From Octopus vulgaris (lineage: Eukaryota), in NCBI GenBank assembly GCA_951406725.2, contig OX597814.1, positions 148,738,001-148,802,000 on the forward strand: 64,000 bases of DNA, given 5' to 3'. Every line of letters starts with the position of its first letter. Position 1 is the first letter of the stretch. A program made the position numbers and the translations under genes. The notes beneath the pieces are model-generated. The model saw only the letters and a program-made list of their open reading frames with translations, was not told where the DNA came from and ran no database searches. This document shows positions 1-13,980 of the stretch, in pieces.

Positions 1-11
1 CTTTCAATCAT

Positions 12-51
12 TTTGTTAGTTATTGTTGCTGTTGTTGTTGTTATTATTATT

Positions 52-84
<33 letters not shown>

Positions 85-130
85 GCTGTTGTTGTTGTTG
101 TTCTCCTCCTTCTTCTTCTTCTTCTTCTTC

Positions 131-170
<40 letters not shown>

Positions 171-186
171 CATTATTATTATTATT
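12..186. repeat. Compound (GTT)n/(TTC)n/(TTA)n microsatellite
   Basis: Directly visible trinucleotide runs. Confidence 0.95.
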
Positions 187-465
187 CAGTAGTTTTATTT
201 TTATAACGTGCTTTCACTTCACTACCGAGCGCAGCTCTGTGTGCCTTGGGTATGTGCTGTGGTTTGATTTGATGCTCTTATGATTACTGTATCGAAAGTG
301 ATTTGCGTAGGATGTGTGCAGTGCCAAGTAGTGCAATTTTCAGTATGTTATATATATTTGTAAGTCCTGGTGTATTTATTATGTATTTGTCTGAATATTT
401 TTTATCATACATAATGCGCCTACTATGATAGGAATTGTTTCTGTTTTTAGTTTCCACATTCGATT
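187..465 (-). mobile_element. 5'-truncated R4/Dong-type non-LTR retrotransposon: endonuclease C-terminus plus 3' UTR
   Basis: Minus strand reads RMWKLKTETIPIIVGAL, then after a frameshift TPGLTNIYNILKIALLGTAHILRKSLSIQ* (stop 284-286). This matches the C-terminus of R4/Dong restriction-like endonuclease elements. A short UTR runs into (TAA)n, and (TAA)n also flanks the other end. Confidence 0.85.
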
Positions 466-488
466 AATATTATTATTATTATTGTTGA

Positions 489-554
<66 letters not shown>

Positions 555-555
555 C
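466..555. repeat. (ATT)n microsatellite
   Basis: Visible run. Confidence 0.95.
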
Positions 556-1055
556 ACTGCATGGGAGAGGAATGTGACACTGGATATGAATATGACACTG
601 TGATATGACACTATGACATGAATGTGACACTGGATATGAATATACAAAACCCATGGTGCCGATTTGTGGAATGCAACACAGGTGCAAAGAGCAAAATATC
701 CTCCATAAAAAGAAAGAATCTTTATGCAGTAAAACTTAGGCAAGATTTTACACTTTGCAGTTTTCCAATTTTCCATGAGCTGTCTGATCAACATTCGGAT
801 ATAGCAAACAAAAATATATCGGTGATGATATCAACTAATATCTCGTGGTCATATTTTGTTGTATGATATTATCAGTGCCATTATGTCTATCAGTGATTTC
901 TTACGTTCTTTCAATTGTCAGTGGTCTTACATTTTTCAACACTCCATAACATCATTGTTCATAGAGTTTTGTCGCTAAGTAGCTTTCGAAAGAAGGGTGC
1001 AAATATGGCTAGAAAATGCAGATGTTGTACACTAGAAAATATTATAAGTTCAAAA

Positions 1056-1205
1056 GTGGTAAGTAGCTTGCTTACCAACCACATGGTTCCGGGTTCAGTC
1101 CCACTGCATGGCACTTGGGCAAGTGTCTTTTCTTATAGCCCCGGGCTGAACAAAGCCTTGTGAGTGGATTTGGTAGACGGAAATTAAAAGAAGTCTGTCG
1201 TGTAT
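1056..1205 (+). mobile_element. SINE family A (tRNA-headed), 5' half
   Basis: gtggtaagtagcttgcttaccaaccacatggttccgggttcagtccc (B-box-like) ... gtgagtggatttggtagacggaa; homologous to copies at 19686, 49535 and 53483. Confidence 0.9.
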
Positions 1206-1993
1206 ATAGATATATATATTTATGAATTTACATTGACAAATCAATACCCAGTAAGGGATATAATCAACATCCCGTGAAAGAGAGTAACTGCAAAATGAGG
1301 GAGAGGCCATCTCGTAAGAGATATATAAAATATATGTTGGGAATACTTATGTATATATACCGTAACATATATTTGCCAACTAAGTGTGGTGTTCTATACA
1401 GGACAGTGCTACTGATGTTTATAGACCCAGGAAGACATCTCCTCCAGTTAGCTAACGACACACATTCTTTGTCCAATTAGTATTTGCTAGGGAAGATCAT
1501 CGCTCCTATCTTTAGATTTACGTGATATACATGTAGTCAGTTTTCTGGGGGGTTACTCGTCCTCAGCGTGTGTTAGTCACCAGCTAGTGATGGAAGCTCA
1601 CTCCTCTTGCAAATTGGTATATATTTTTCTAGCTAGCCATTGTCTGTGATCTCGTAGAAGAGAGAGAATGTGATATTAAATCTCTGAGCGGGATATAAAC
1701 AGTACGGAACTGTAACATATATTTGCCATTTAAGTGTGGCGTCGAATACATAGAAATACACATATGCACACTCACACACACACGGTTACGCGCGCGCACA
1801 CATACACATATTTATATGGAGTAAGTTTAGGTATATAAGCTTATAACGTATAGTCAAATTGAAAAATTGTACTGTATGCATTCATGTTAAATCTTTGACC
1901 TATTTACTTCTTATTTTCATTTAAGTGTGTTAGTGCATAATGACATGTGCGTCCTATAAACCCCATTCATGACACGGAGTAAATATTAACTAA

Positions 1994-2348
1994 AATAATA
2001 ATAATAATAATAATGATAATAGGAAGAAGAAGAAGAAGAAGAAGAAGAAGAAGAAGAAGAAGAAGAAAAAGAAGAAGAAGAAGAAGAAGAAGAAGAAGAA
2101 GAAGAAGAAGAAGAAGAAGAAGAAGAAGAAGAAGAAGGAGAAGAAGAAGAAGAAGAAGAAGAAGAAGAAGAAGAAGAAGAAGAAGAAGAAGAAGAAGAAG
2201 AAGAAGAAGAAGAAGAAGAAGAAGAAGAAGAAGAAGAAGAAGAAGAAGAAGAAGAAGAAAAGGAGGATGACATTTAATGATACTGAACTGCTAGCTATTA
2301 TTATTATCATTATCAATATAATCATTATTATTATTATTGTTATTATTA
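1994..2348. repeat. (AAT)n + ~240 bp (GAA)n + (ATT)n compound microsatellite
   Basis: Visible run; source of the poly-R/S/F ORFs. Confidence 0.95.
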
Positions 2349-2799
2349 AAGTTATAAGTTCCGAATTGATTCCAAGCAAAATCTATCGCCTGTTGATTAT
2401 TCGACAATAGATCCATTATCAGATTGAATTCCTTAAATTCTATGAACATATCCTAAAGTCAAATGCAAGAACGGGTGTAATTAATGGAGTTCATGACTCA
2501 ATAATATTCAGCGCAGCAGACAGATCACGACCTGTGGAATTACAATGCTATTGTAATCCATCGCAAGTGCTCTCAGTTATAAGTGAATAGGAAATTAAGC
2601 ATTGCTAGTTTACTAATATTACCTATATAGCTTCTGGTGAATTTCACCCATATCTATGTCTTGTCAGTCTAACTAAAGAGACCGTATTAATAATTTCACA
2701 TATTGATTAAGCATTTCTTACTTTCCTGCTATGATTTATATGACATTATCTCGTGTATATAATATATATATATATATCGATAAGACGGGGAAAGAATTT

Positions 2800-2869
2800 T
2801 ATAATCATATATATATACTTATAAAGAGATAGATATGAACACACTCATACCTATATACATGTACATACG

Positions 2870-2960
<91 letters not shown>

Positions 2961-3050
2961 AGATATATGTATATATGCATGTATGTGTACGTATGTGCAT
3001 ATGTGTATGATTGCATACGTTTGTGAGTGCATATGTGCCTTGTGTACGCA
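2800..3050. repeat. (TA)n/(TG)n microsatellite block
   Basis: Visible run. Confidence 0.95.
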
Positions 3051-4929
3051 CACCGACGCGAGAAAAATTTCGCTGTCAAATAATACCTCATCCCAACTGA
3101 AATGGAAAATTGATAACTAATCTTATGCCACTACGGTTTTCGTATTTCTTCTGTCAGTTAGGCGACGTTTATGATTTGATCTTTTTTTTCTTCCCGCTGA
3201 AAATATTACACTTCTTCCTTGCTTTATACGCCAATTCATACTATTAGATCATGACAAGATGTAAAGAAAAAAATTATTGTCAGTAATATTTCATAAAACC
3301 AAAAAGAATAACATTTTCTTACTTTGAGTTGCATTACTACACTACTGGGAAATACATGCAATGAAATACAAGGCAATATATAAAATTTAACTCTCAACAC
3401 AATCATTTCACTTCATTATTAATATCCCATGGTATACAAAAGTTCAAAAATGTTGTGACTACTCGCACTTCAGATAAGAATAGCTATAAATAAATATTAT
3501 ACTTTCTTTCTCTTTAGTAGGTAATCATTTACTGGAGACACAGCACTTTTACCGTCTAACCTATAAAATACTCGAACATTTCAACGAGTAAATATAAATG
3601 CAAAACGCATAAAACTAGTGAAATGAAATCCATTACCATATGCTTAAAGGTAGATTGTCGCTGTTGTTGTTGTTATTGTTTATGATACCCTTGATTATAT
3701 TATCATAGTGATGGTATTAGCAGCTGTGCCGTCTTTCTTTGTGTTATATATATTGTGTGTAAACTATACTTTTCTAGTTCGTGCTGCAACAATGTTGCAC
3801 ACAAGTATTCTGCCTTCGAACACTGTTAGTTCCGTTCCGGAATATTGAGCTGGCTTTAATATGTCTGAATCAGGGCACCACTTCATCAAAACAATGTATA
3901 GTACTGTTATCAAAATTCATTCAAAAATTACAATTTTCAAAATTCGGATACATATTTATGAAAAAGTCAGTATAAATTCATAGTCCTTGTTCGGTCAGTG
4001 TAACAACTCCCCACGTTTACTAGAAGTTCCTATTATTCAACATAAAGCGTACTGGTGAAATTACAGGATACGCACGAAAAGTGAAACATGGAACATTAGA
4101 TGCCATCAGAAAGAAATCAGCAGCCATCAAACCATGACCCTCTTAAAACTAAATGGTGTCGGTCAAAGTGAAAGCGAAACTTCGGCAAAAAGAAGTTCTG
4201 AAACAGATTCTAGAATTGTCTTTGATCTCAGCACTGTTCATTTATAACCGATGGGAATATAACAAAGCAAAAAGAAATCTAAAAATTTGAAAAACTACTC
4301 CTTAGAGAAAGTATACATAACGAAAATGGGAGAAAATTAATGAAAATAAAGGACCAAATTTTAAAAATGACGAGTATATTCATAAGAAGATAGATCTGAT
4401 AGGTATAAGCAGAAAATAATAATTATATACAAGAAGACTAAACCATTGAACATTTATGTAGTTCTGAAGAACGTAAACCAAAACTAAACCCTGAAATCGA
4501 AAACATGTATACTTAACATTTAAGTATGGGAAGTTCTAAAGATGGAAAACCCTTGAATCGATTAATTATTTCCTAACATTGAAATGAAACTTGCAAAATA
4601 ATCCAAGTGTGGGGTATAAAATATGTGATGCACATATATATCGGGGTTTACTCTCATCGAAAATACAAGTGTTTGAAATTGAAATAAATAGATGTGGGAA
4701 AATATATAAGAAGGTAGAGCAGAAAGGAAGTGAAACAATGAAAATATAAAAATAAAAGTGAAAATTATGATAATTTCTTGTTTTTACTAGTGGGGAATCA
4801 GTTGAGGTGGGTATTACAGGAAAAGTTTACAATTTGTCGAGACATTTACGTAAAGAATAAGAAGGGGGGCGAGGGGCTATTGGATAAATAGTATACACAG
4901 TGTGCAATGTATGTGAAAGGATTCAAAAG

Positions 4930-5290
4930 GCATTCTCCTCTTGTGCCAGAAAGTACCAACTTGGACCAATGAAGAGTTTCCATAGGATCGAGAATCACCC
5001 GTACCCATAAGATCCAGAACTAATCTTGCTCATATCTGCACATGCACCTTTGTAGTTGGCGTATGCCTAGAATAGGACTAATCCACCTAAAGAAAATTAT
5101 AATTGCGCTCCATTTGTAAGGTCATATGTTGTTAATCATGATACGTGATCACCATTCCGTGAACCCATCCTTTTGATTCATATGGCTGGTGTATCCTTAT
5201 CAGACGGGTAGTCATTAGGAGTATATTGGGCTACGTATATTTGTACTCCAGTGTCATTTTAATAGCATGCCCTTCCCGTCTTACTCAATA
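4930..5290 (+). mobile_element. Probable LINE 3'-end remnant
   Basis: Ends ...gggctacgtatatttgtactccagtgtcattttaatagcatgcc...ctcaata, resembling a recalled octopus retroelement 3' UTR; no clear protein motif. Confidence 0.35.
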
Positions 5291-5649
5291 GTCAGTTTGC
5301 AAGAGATACGAACGCCAAGACAGATATAGAAAACCGGTGGCAATGGATAAGGAGAAGAGACCTAAAGATATAGAGAGAAGCAATTAAATACGCAGCACAA
5401 GAACAAGTGTTTGTGCATTGAGTCTAACGCTCAAGCAGGCCACGGCTTGGATCCCTACAGGATAACGGAAATCATCCGGTGCGACATTATTTTTTTTGTT
5501 TCATTTTGTGCAATACACTACTCTCGGTTGCTGCTTCTCATCGATCCTCGAAAATAAGTAATATCTGTGAAGCAAATAAAGCCAAATATTTTATATGATG
5601 CCCTACCGACTCTTCCAATGTCCCGTCCTATAAAGTTTGAATTTCACAA

Positions 5650-5855
5650 GTTTATAAAAGAAATTTTGTACTTGTCGCTTTCCCTCCTAAAAGCAGCTGC
5701 CATATTTCTCTCAAATTACATTCCTCCATCTTAACAAAGGACAATTATGATATAAATGAAGGTCTAAAGAACTATTCAGAGATGTGAGGGTCATGGCAAG
5801 AATATATTCCATTATACATCAACTCTATTACGGTTGAGTTGATTTCAGCTACTAC
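5650..5855 (+). mobile_element. Old SINE 3'-tail remnant
   Basis: Weak similarity to degenerate segments at ~3655-3800 (-), ~21765-21960 (-) and ~49370-49530 (+). Confidence 0.4.
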
Positions 5856-7025
5856 ATTTTTTTCAGACTAAAATGTATCTTTTGAAAGCATCTGAAATAT
5901 ATACGCTGTCTTTGTTCACAAGCTCAGGTTAAGTTGCAGGAATTGTTATTATTCACATTTTTTCTCAGTTTAATTATTTTAATCGATTCACTTTAATTAG
6001 TTCCCGAGGGAGGTATCAATTCGAAACCATAGTTGTAAAAATGTATATATATTCAAATATTTTTCGATCAAAATAAAGTTTAAAATTATCTTATCAAGAA
6101 ACAGATAAAAAAAACAATTCAATTTTCATTTAGATATAAATCATAAACATTAAATAAACTAAACTCGTTTTAATCAGTAATCTTCCCCTTGGGTCGTCTT
6201 CAATCTTTGTTTTTGTTGAAGTTAGTTTTGAAGACTTAGTTCATGAACTTCGTACTTAAATATGAATTATATCTCTGCCATAGTTAGATGTAATTCCAAT
6301 TTCGCTATATAATAATTCCCTTTTCAGGACGGTCGATAGTCTGAAAATGAACAGAGTTATAAAATACCCATTTACAATAATATCGCCATTAATGTCAACA
6401 ATATTTGTAATTTGATTGAAGCCACAAATGAAATGACTGAGTAGCAGCTGCAAGATGCACAACACAACAGAAACCCCAACAGCAGTAGTGGCGGCAGCGG
6501 CAGCTATTGTATTTTATGCTATATTAACACCAGTAAAACAGCACGAGACAAATATTACACTAGGAGCAAAAGGACCCAAAACGCTTGTAGCTATTGCAAC
6601 AGTTGAAATAGTGTTTGTTTTCTGACAAAAGAGTAAAAACATTTTAGCAGGAACACATATAACATATAAACACAGTAATTGGTTCTACGATATTGAACGT
6701 ATTTATAATATATTCTGTTCACTAATTGGGAGAAAAAACTTTTCCAGTGTCTTCTTTTCTATTTTTTGTTTCTTTTGTTTTGTTTTGGTGCTAAAATTCG
6801 GAGAAGATGTTCCCTGGGAAATGCAGACGAACATTCTTCACCACATTTTCTTGTCTCCTGTAAAGATAGCCATTTTAAGTAGATATGATAGACCGTATTT
6901 ATAAGCAGGAGAAAGGTTATTAGGAAGTAGTTGTGGTGAAATAATGACATAATAATTATTAGTATTAGCAGTAATAGGAGCAACAAAAACAAAAAGAAAG
7001 CAGGAAAAAGGAGGAGGTGGAGATA

Positions 7026-7232
7026 AAGAAGAAGAAGAAGAAGAAGAAGAAGAAGAAGAAGAAGAAGAAGAAGAAGAAGAAGAAGGAGAAGAAGAAGAAG
7101 AAGAAGAAGAAGAAGAAGAAGAAGAAGAAGAAGAAGAAGAAGAAGAAGAAGAAGAAGAAGAAGAAGAAGAAGAAGAAGAAGAAGAAGAAGAAGACGAAGA
7201 CGAAGAAGAAGTTGATGATGCTGATGATGAAT
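7026..7232. repeat. (GAA)n tract grading into (GAT)n
   Basis: Visible run. Confidence 0.95.
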
Positions 7233-7539
7233 GGTAATTCGGAAGAATCCACGCTCAAATTACTACGAACCCCGGGTCTATGTTGTTTCAGATCTACTTT
7301 CCTGTAATATTTGTATTTCTTTGATCTACATACTGGTGTACATATGTACGATCTGACAAGTTCACCGTGTATTTTAGCTAGATCTTTAATTTTAAATGTA
7401 GACCAGATAGTTCCATAGATTTTGCATTTTTGAGTAATTACCATTTGAAGCTGGAGGTACATGGTATGATCACCCGGTCGGAAGCGTACTGGAGTCGGAA
7501 AAATGCAAGCTTTCACAGGAGTTTTCTATTAAAACGGTT

Positions 7540-8030
7540 AGGAAGCTAGAAAATAATAAATCAGACATAACAATAATAGGAACAGAAAAGTGAAGTTGCT
7601 TACTAATTGCTACATTTCAGAATTGTAAAGAAAAAGGATGAACATTTTTTTAAAGGTAGTCACTTTTCTCCATACACAAGGAAGCGACAAAATACAAGAC
7701 AGAAACAAACTACTCTGATACACTAACCACAGATGTCAACATAGTAGAAATGGCCAAGGAGACAAAAGAAAATAACAACATGAAGACACAATTACAGAAA
7801 TTACTAAAGAAGAAATGGAGGGAAAAGTTGCTCCATGTCCAATAACTTGTAACACTTCACACAGAAGTGAGCCCAAGTAAAAGCCAACAATGGCTCAAAA
7901 GCTCTGGACTAAAAACCGAAATGGAAGTACTGATGCACGCTGACCACAAAAACTATAACAGCAAAATAATGAAAACAGGCTCGAACACCAAATACAGAAT
8001 GTGTAGCGAACACATTGAGAAAGATAAGAA
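7540..8030 (+). mobile_element. R4/Dong-type retrotransposon fragment (post-RT / zinc-knuckle region), degenerate
   Basis: KWREKLLHVQ* (cf. WxxKxLHGQ) and SQQWLKSSGLKTEME...NYNSKIMK...YRMC (cf. SxxWLxxxxLKxETEG...CRxC). Confidence 0.75.
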
Positions 8031-8254
8031 ACTGAAAAGCAGCAGGACTTGACGGTGAAGAGGCATTTTGGATTTTAAAAAAGTTGAGTAATTGCCATAT
8101 ATTGAACGTAGTGCAATGTAATTCCTTGATGAATGGAAAAGGAATCCCGGGCTGGTTGACAAAAGCAATAACAACAGCAACAATAACAGCAACAACAACA
8201 GCAATTGCATTAGAACCAAGCGAGAAGTTTCAGATGAGGCAAACATTTCGAGCA

Positions 8255-8330
8255 TCATTGCTTACTTATCGACCCGAAAACATGAAAGTCAATGTTAGCT
8301 TCAGCGAAAGATTCTGCAACTCAGACCTAC
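8255..8330 (-). mobile_element. SINE family B fragment
   Basis: ttatcgacccgaaaacatgaaagtcaa...aactcaga matches the core seen at 36670-36730. Confidence 0.55.
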
Positions 8331-10899
8331 TAAATATGCTGTTATATATGTTTCCACTTCGCACAGCCATTAAATCATTATCTCTATACAAATGTATTGT
8401 GATTACAGAGCCACTGAATAAACACTAGGTGATAAGGATAAGAAACGTTCAACCAAACGGACGACAACCCTTGTGGGTAACAGATGGTACTGTTTGTAGT
8501 AATGGGAAGCCGATATTTCATGTGTTAATTTTAGCATTCATATGCTGATACGTTTAGTGGAAATAACGAGAGTACTCTTAAAATTATTTATGGCGATTGT
8601 ATTAATGATTTTAAATATTAATGATATGAATTAAAGCAGTAGTAAAAATATTAGTAATATATGTGTTTCCAGAAACTAAGATTTGGACAAGCGCTTCCAT
8701 TTATGAATGGTTGCATATAATTTAACTGTGAACTGGAAGCTGACAATACTTATGTCAACAGTCAGATATATCTTCAGTAGATTACGATCTTAACTAGAGC
8801 AGGCTAAACTAATTCTTATAGAGAAATAGCCTTCTTTTAGGAAAACACGCTTTGAATAGCAACGCAAATTAAGTAACTTTAGAGGACTTGGAATTTCAAC
8901 GTCATAAAATACACTTGCCTACTCAGAAGAATGAAAACAGTGTCAGGCTAAATAAACAATGTATCGTTATAACAGATAAGATTCACTGATATAGAAATGA
9001 CATTTTGATAAGATAACTCGTGTAAAGAAATAATCCTTTCTAGAAAAATAGAAAAGAAATAGATCTCATACGATAAGTAAGTAAACAAAATATAAACATG
9101 TTTCCAAACACTGAGGCGCATGCAACGAAATATATCCTCCTGCAATAATATCTTTTAAAGGTACAGAGAAACGAAAAACGAATTAGGGTTCTTTCAAACT
9201 ATATATTTGAAAACAATCCAAGTAATTCTATGGGATGGTATACAGAAACAAGGTTGATAAAAATGATGTCTATACTGAAAGAGTTACAAAACATTTTTAA
9301 AAAATCAACATATTTTTAAAAACCAACAGCTGTACAACAAATGTAGTAGCTGGTTGGGATATGGGCGTATAGTTGATGTTCTAAAGATATCTCCATACAA
9401 AATTATATCGTTCTATTGAAGACCAGTATTGAACTTTTTTCAGGAAATGGATAGTTCTTGATATCTAGAATATTCGAAGTCATAGGTTATTGTCATTTGA
9501 CATTCTATAAAGCTAGGTTACGTCAATTATCTAATATTTCATTAAAAATCTGGAGTAAATATCTAAATGGCATTTTTACTATAGGGTCAACAATAATCAC
9601 AAAGAAAAGATAATTACTGATACATAATTTTACATTGTTATCTGTGAACTACTGTCTGAAGTAATAATCAATATTATGACTGAATTTGACTGAATGAGAG
9701 GTGACGGATAACTTTTATGGATATAATTTACGAGCTCCTTATTAGCTTAATATTGAGGCGTATGACCTAAGGATTAGGGCAATCAGCGTATTGTATCCCT
9801 AAGGAAATCGCTTCCTATCATATTGAACCAGTGCATCAGTTGAAAATGAAAACCAGTGATATGTGAAGATTAGCGTTTCTGATGAACTGGTGTCATGTTC
9901 TCACATTAAATTCTATGGAAGCATGGGGCGGTAACTTCATTGTAGCATGGAGACAGATATATTAACTAGATAGCAATTCATCATTCGAAATTAAACAAAA
10001 CAAACATAACCTATACAATGTTTTTGAAACATGGCATTTCAATCGATTGCACATGACTAGTGCAAATAAACATCGGTAATTCACAATTTCGATGAAACAA
10101 TATTGTGCATCTGTATATCAACAAAGAACAAAAAATTCTTTTGGTCTCTGACTACTGCAGATTATAATCATCAGGTTTTCTAAATATCTAATGGGGTATT
10201 TGAAAGTGATAATAAATGTTTTCGTAATATAATGTAAAGCTTTGAGCTCTTTAATGAAAGCTAATTTGAAGTATCAGACAATCCTGCTTTCTATAAATTC
10301 TTAGTGATGTATTAAATTAAAACTATATTAATACTGCGTATAAGTGAACGACAATGGAGAGTTAATCCAACAGTTATTAAAACCAGACATTGATAACAGA
10401 TGTCAATTATTGTTGTCCATTACGAACCTCAAATTTTAATGAATTACACCGAAAATTTTGGATGTCCTATAGCTACGTCATTTAAGAAATATTTGTCATA
10501 CCATGTTAATTTTACTTTCAAAGAGTAGCTAGTTACATTAAATTTTATGAGTTATATTAAATTTATTACTGATGGTTTTCAGAGATGAGTAGAAACTAAA
10601 ACATCCATTTTCCTCATTATGCTTTATAACGCATGTCGTTTATAAATTTATCAATTATTGGTTTATACTAAAGCTGTTTATTTTTCGTTTTGTTTGAATG
10701 ATTTTTATTATCTACAACACTTCGATTAGTAGAGAAAAACGTTTTATCGCAAATGACTGCAGCCTATAGTATGCAGTTCTTAAGCGCGAAACCACTATCC
10801 AAAATCGATAAAGTAGAGCAGAATTTTGAGAAGGTCTTAAAGAGGTATGGCTAGAAATCTTAAATAGGTATGGCATGAATTGGAATTTGTCCGTATAAC

Positions 10900-10990
10900 T
10901 ACAACAGCAACAACAATAAAAGCAACAGCAACAAAAGCAACAACAACAGCAACAACAACAGCAACAACAAGAGCAACATCAATAATAATA
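10900..10990. repeat. (CAA/CAG)n and (AAT)n microsatellite
   Basis: Visible run. Confidence 0.9.
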
Positions 10991-11370
<380 letters not shown>

Positions 11371-11469
11371 TGCTTAAATCTGAAAAGATTTTCGTGTAAA
11401 TTGAAACATTTGTCATATATAATAAAGAAAATTACGATATCTGTTACGATGAAGTTAAGAAACGTACAG

Positions 11470-11930
11470 CAGCTAGTGCTGCTGATGCTGCTGCAACTAC
11501 TGCTGATGCTATTGCTGCTGTTACTGCTACTACTTCCGCTACTGCTGCTACTGCCACTTCTGCTGCTGTTGCGACTACTGCTGCCATTGAAGATGATGAT
11601 GATGAAGGGGTTGATATATTTGATGGTGATGTTGATAATGATGATGAAATTAGTGGTTGTGCTGCTGTTGCTGGTGGTACTGATGGTGCTAGTGGTGCTG
11701 GTGCCGGTGATGTTGATGGGGCAGTGGTTGCGTGGGGGACTAGTTGTGTTGGGGAGTGGTGTTATAGAGGAGTGATGGTGATATTTATCATGGGGGATCA
11801 ACATTGATGGTGGAGACAATGGTGGTGGGGCTGTTGCTGCAGATGTTGACGACGACAATGATGATGATGTCGAATGTGGCGCTGACCGATTTTGGGGGAA
11901 AGGACAGAAATGATGATGACAACGACACTA
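11470..11930. repeat. Degenerate (CTG)/(GAT)/(GGT) cryptic trinucleotide repeat
   Basis: Period-3 low complexity; explains the L/M/V-rich ORFs. Confidence 0.85.
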
Positions 11931-12049
11931 ACCATTTCATCATCGTACAGAAACACTCTTATGAGAAAACATTCAACAGCTACTGTCAAAATAAACACTC
12001 TAAAGCGTATTTAAGGTAAACTCTCAAATAATTTATTAACATTTCTTAT

Positions 12050-12300
12050 TGCAGACAAAAACCACTTCAAATTTTTCTGATCAAAACATCTATTTTATTC
12101 GTCAGGATGTCTCTGGTTCCTTCTGAAGTTTCTAACCATTGTCTGAAATGGAATTTTCATGACTTAGCGTTGCCCAAACGAACGATCTTCAGGTTTTGAC
12201 TGAAATACTCTTCACATTTCGTCATGGAATTGGTTGAAGTTTTCTTTTTCAATTCACTCTGTGAAAAATATATGAGGAGATTAAGCAATAAAAGTAAATT
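12050..12300 (-). mobile_element. Possible mariner transposase N-terminal relic
   Basis: Minus strand has gaagatcgttcgtttgggcaac, loosely like the EDxxRxGRP motif; heavily decayed. Confidence 0.3.
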
Positions 12301-12526
12301 CAGGAAATCCTATTTATCTCTATTCAAAATCTGAAATCTCGTTTCGTCGTACTGTGTCTCATCAGTGCCAGTTCCGTACAGAAAAGAAAATTACATTTCC
12401 TGTGTGATGCTTAGGAAATTGTGAAATTAGTACATTGTAGTATAAAATTATACAGGTAAATCATAGATAATTGTATTTTGGCAGAACAAACACCAATATG
12501 GATTTATTTTTTGCGGTTTTTTGCGG

Positions 12527-12527
<1 letters not shown>

Positions 12528-12590
<63 letters not shown>

Positions 12591-12754
12591 AGGAGAGGAA
12601 AAATTATAAGGCAGAATGCTACATTGATTGTAAAATTTTCCAAACACCCATTTTTTATTAAAATTTACTTTTAATTTAGCATTCTACATTATAATGTTTC
12701 CTCTGCTATCATTTCTACACGTGCAGTTATCGCAACCCCACCATTTACTGACTT

Positions 12755-12790
<36 letters not shown>

Positions 12791-12847
12791 CATATATAAA
12801 TCTGTCACTATTCCTATATGCAATAGATAAAAAGATAAATAGATACA

Positions 12848-12881
<34 letters not shown>

Positions 12882-12940
12882 CATACATGCACACATACAT
12901 ACACACCTACATACATACATACGTAGGATATATGGATATG
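12528..12940. repeat. (TA)n and (TACA)n microsatellite blocks
   Basis: Visible runs at ~12528-12590, 12755-12800 and 12835-12925. Confidence 0.9.
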
Positions 12941-13149
12941 TATTGCATATGAAAAACAATTAAATAATGTACTTTGGAATCGGTCTCCAGTAACTTCATG
13001 TTTAGCGAAACTTAAATCGTACACATTCTCACATATATACTGTCCAAATCGTATTTTCACACAAACATCTATTGATGAGTTCGTACACGAATTTGTCAAT
13101 TACAGTAAAGCACATCTTCAAAGGGAAATGTCTTCTCTAATTTTTTTTT

Positions 13150-13575
13150 TCGCTCGCATGCTCCGGTCTGAACTGAATCACCAGACATGGTTCAAAGCAT
13201 TTCAAGATGTCTTCCCTGTATTTTTTCCTGAATGCATTATAAACTGTGGTGTTTTTGCATTGAAGGGTACGCTGCATGAATACGTTGCTGACTTTTATAA
13301 CATGTCACACGACTACGTAAGAGTTCATCCATTTGGTTGTCATTATATACTGGAACTGTTGGCGTTGTTGCGATTGTTTTTAATATCAACGGATCCACTT
13401 CGGTTCTATTCAGGATTCTATTATTTACGTGGAAACTGCTCTCCATTCATCTTAAAATTCCAAGTAATAATATAACATTAAGCATATTGTACATGAGTCC
13501 CAATATAATTTAATAGCCATTACTGAACATAGAAGTGAAAACCAGGATTGGCATCGCAAATGTGCTATAAGCGAT
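13150..13575 (-). mobile_element. Probable R4/Dong RT C-terminal fragment
   Basis: AYSTFAMPILV (cf. AINTFAIPVL), then SFHVN and LKTI in the expected order. Confidence 0.45.
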
Positions 13576-13639
13576 ACCTTTTTTTTATTTTTATTGCGTT
13601 AAGTCGCTGAGCTCTGGTCATGCTGGGGCACCACCTTTG

Positions 13640-13980
13640 TCGATATATTATCGATATTGGAGGAGTTCAAGACTTAATGGGAAGGAAGGATGAAGAGAAA
13701 CAGCGAAAGAAGAATAAACATAACGTAACGTACAGTCGATCGATGAACTGATTTCCTGCAATCCGTATGACCACTGATCATTTCGGTGTTGGTGAGGTTG
13801 TCGCATGTCAATTTATCATCAGGTCAATATCTTGACGTTGTACATTTCACCAGCAGAATGTCACTAGGTTATATCCTCTTTTATTTTAGGTTCAGGTTAT
13901 AATGGGCCATGTATGTATCCAATTGTTCCTGCAAGTGGTTCTCGGAATGATTTCATTGGATTTTCTTTAAAATGTAACGT
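13640..13980 (-). mobile_element. Possible Penelope-like 3' end
   Basis: ENHLQEQLDTYMAHYNLN resembles a GIY-YIG C-terminus; followed by CTGATGA...GAAA with a stem III but no stem I. Confidence 0.35.

Noticed and set aside
568-645. Direct repeat gaatgtgacactggatatgaata x2 with spacer (CRISPR-like look)
   Set aside because: The spacer is made of the same tgacac sub-repeat; this is a small eukaryotic minisatellite with no cas genes.
4050-4900. A-rich stretch with a possible Cys motif (PLE-like)
   Set aside because: Requires several assumed frameshifts; not supportable by eye.
6965-7516. 183-aa ORF with ~95 aa of non-repetitive N-terminus
   Set aside because: No recognisable motif; length comes from running into the (TTC)n tract.
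13765-13830. Minus-strand CUGAUGA...GAAA with 6-bp stem III
   Set aside because: No stem I or stem II pairing; not called a ribozyme.
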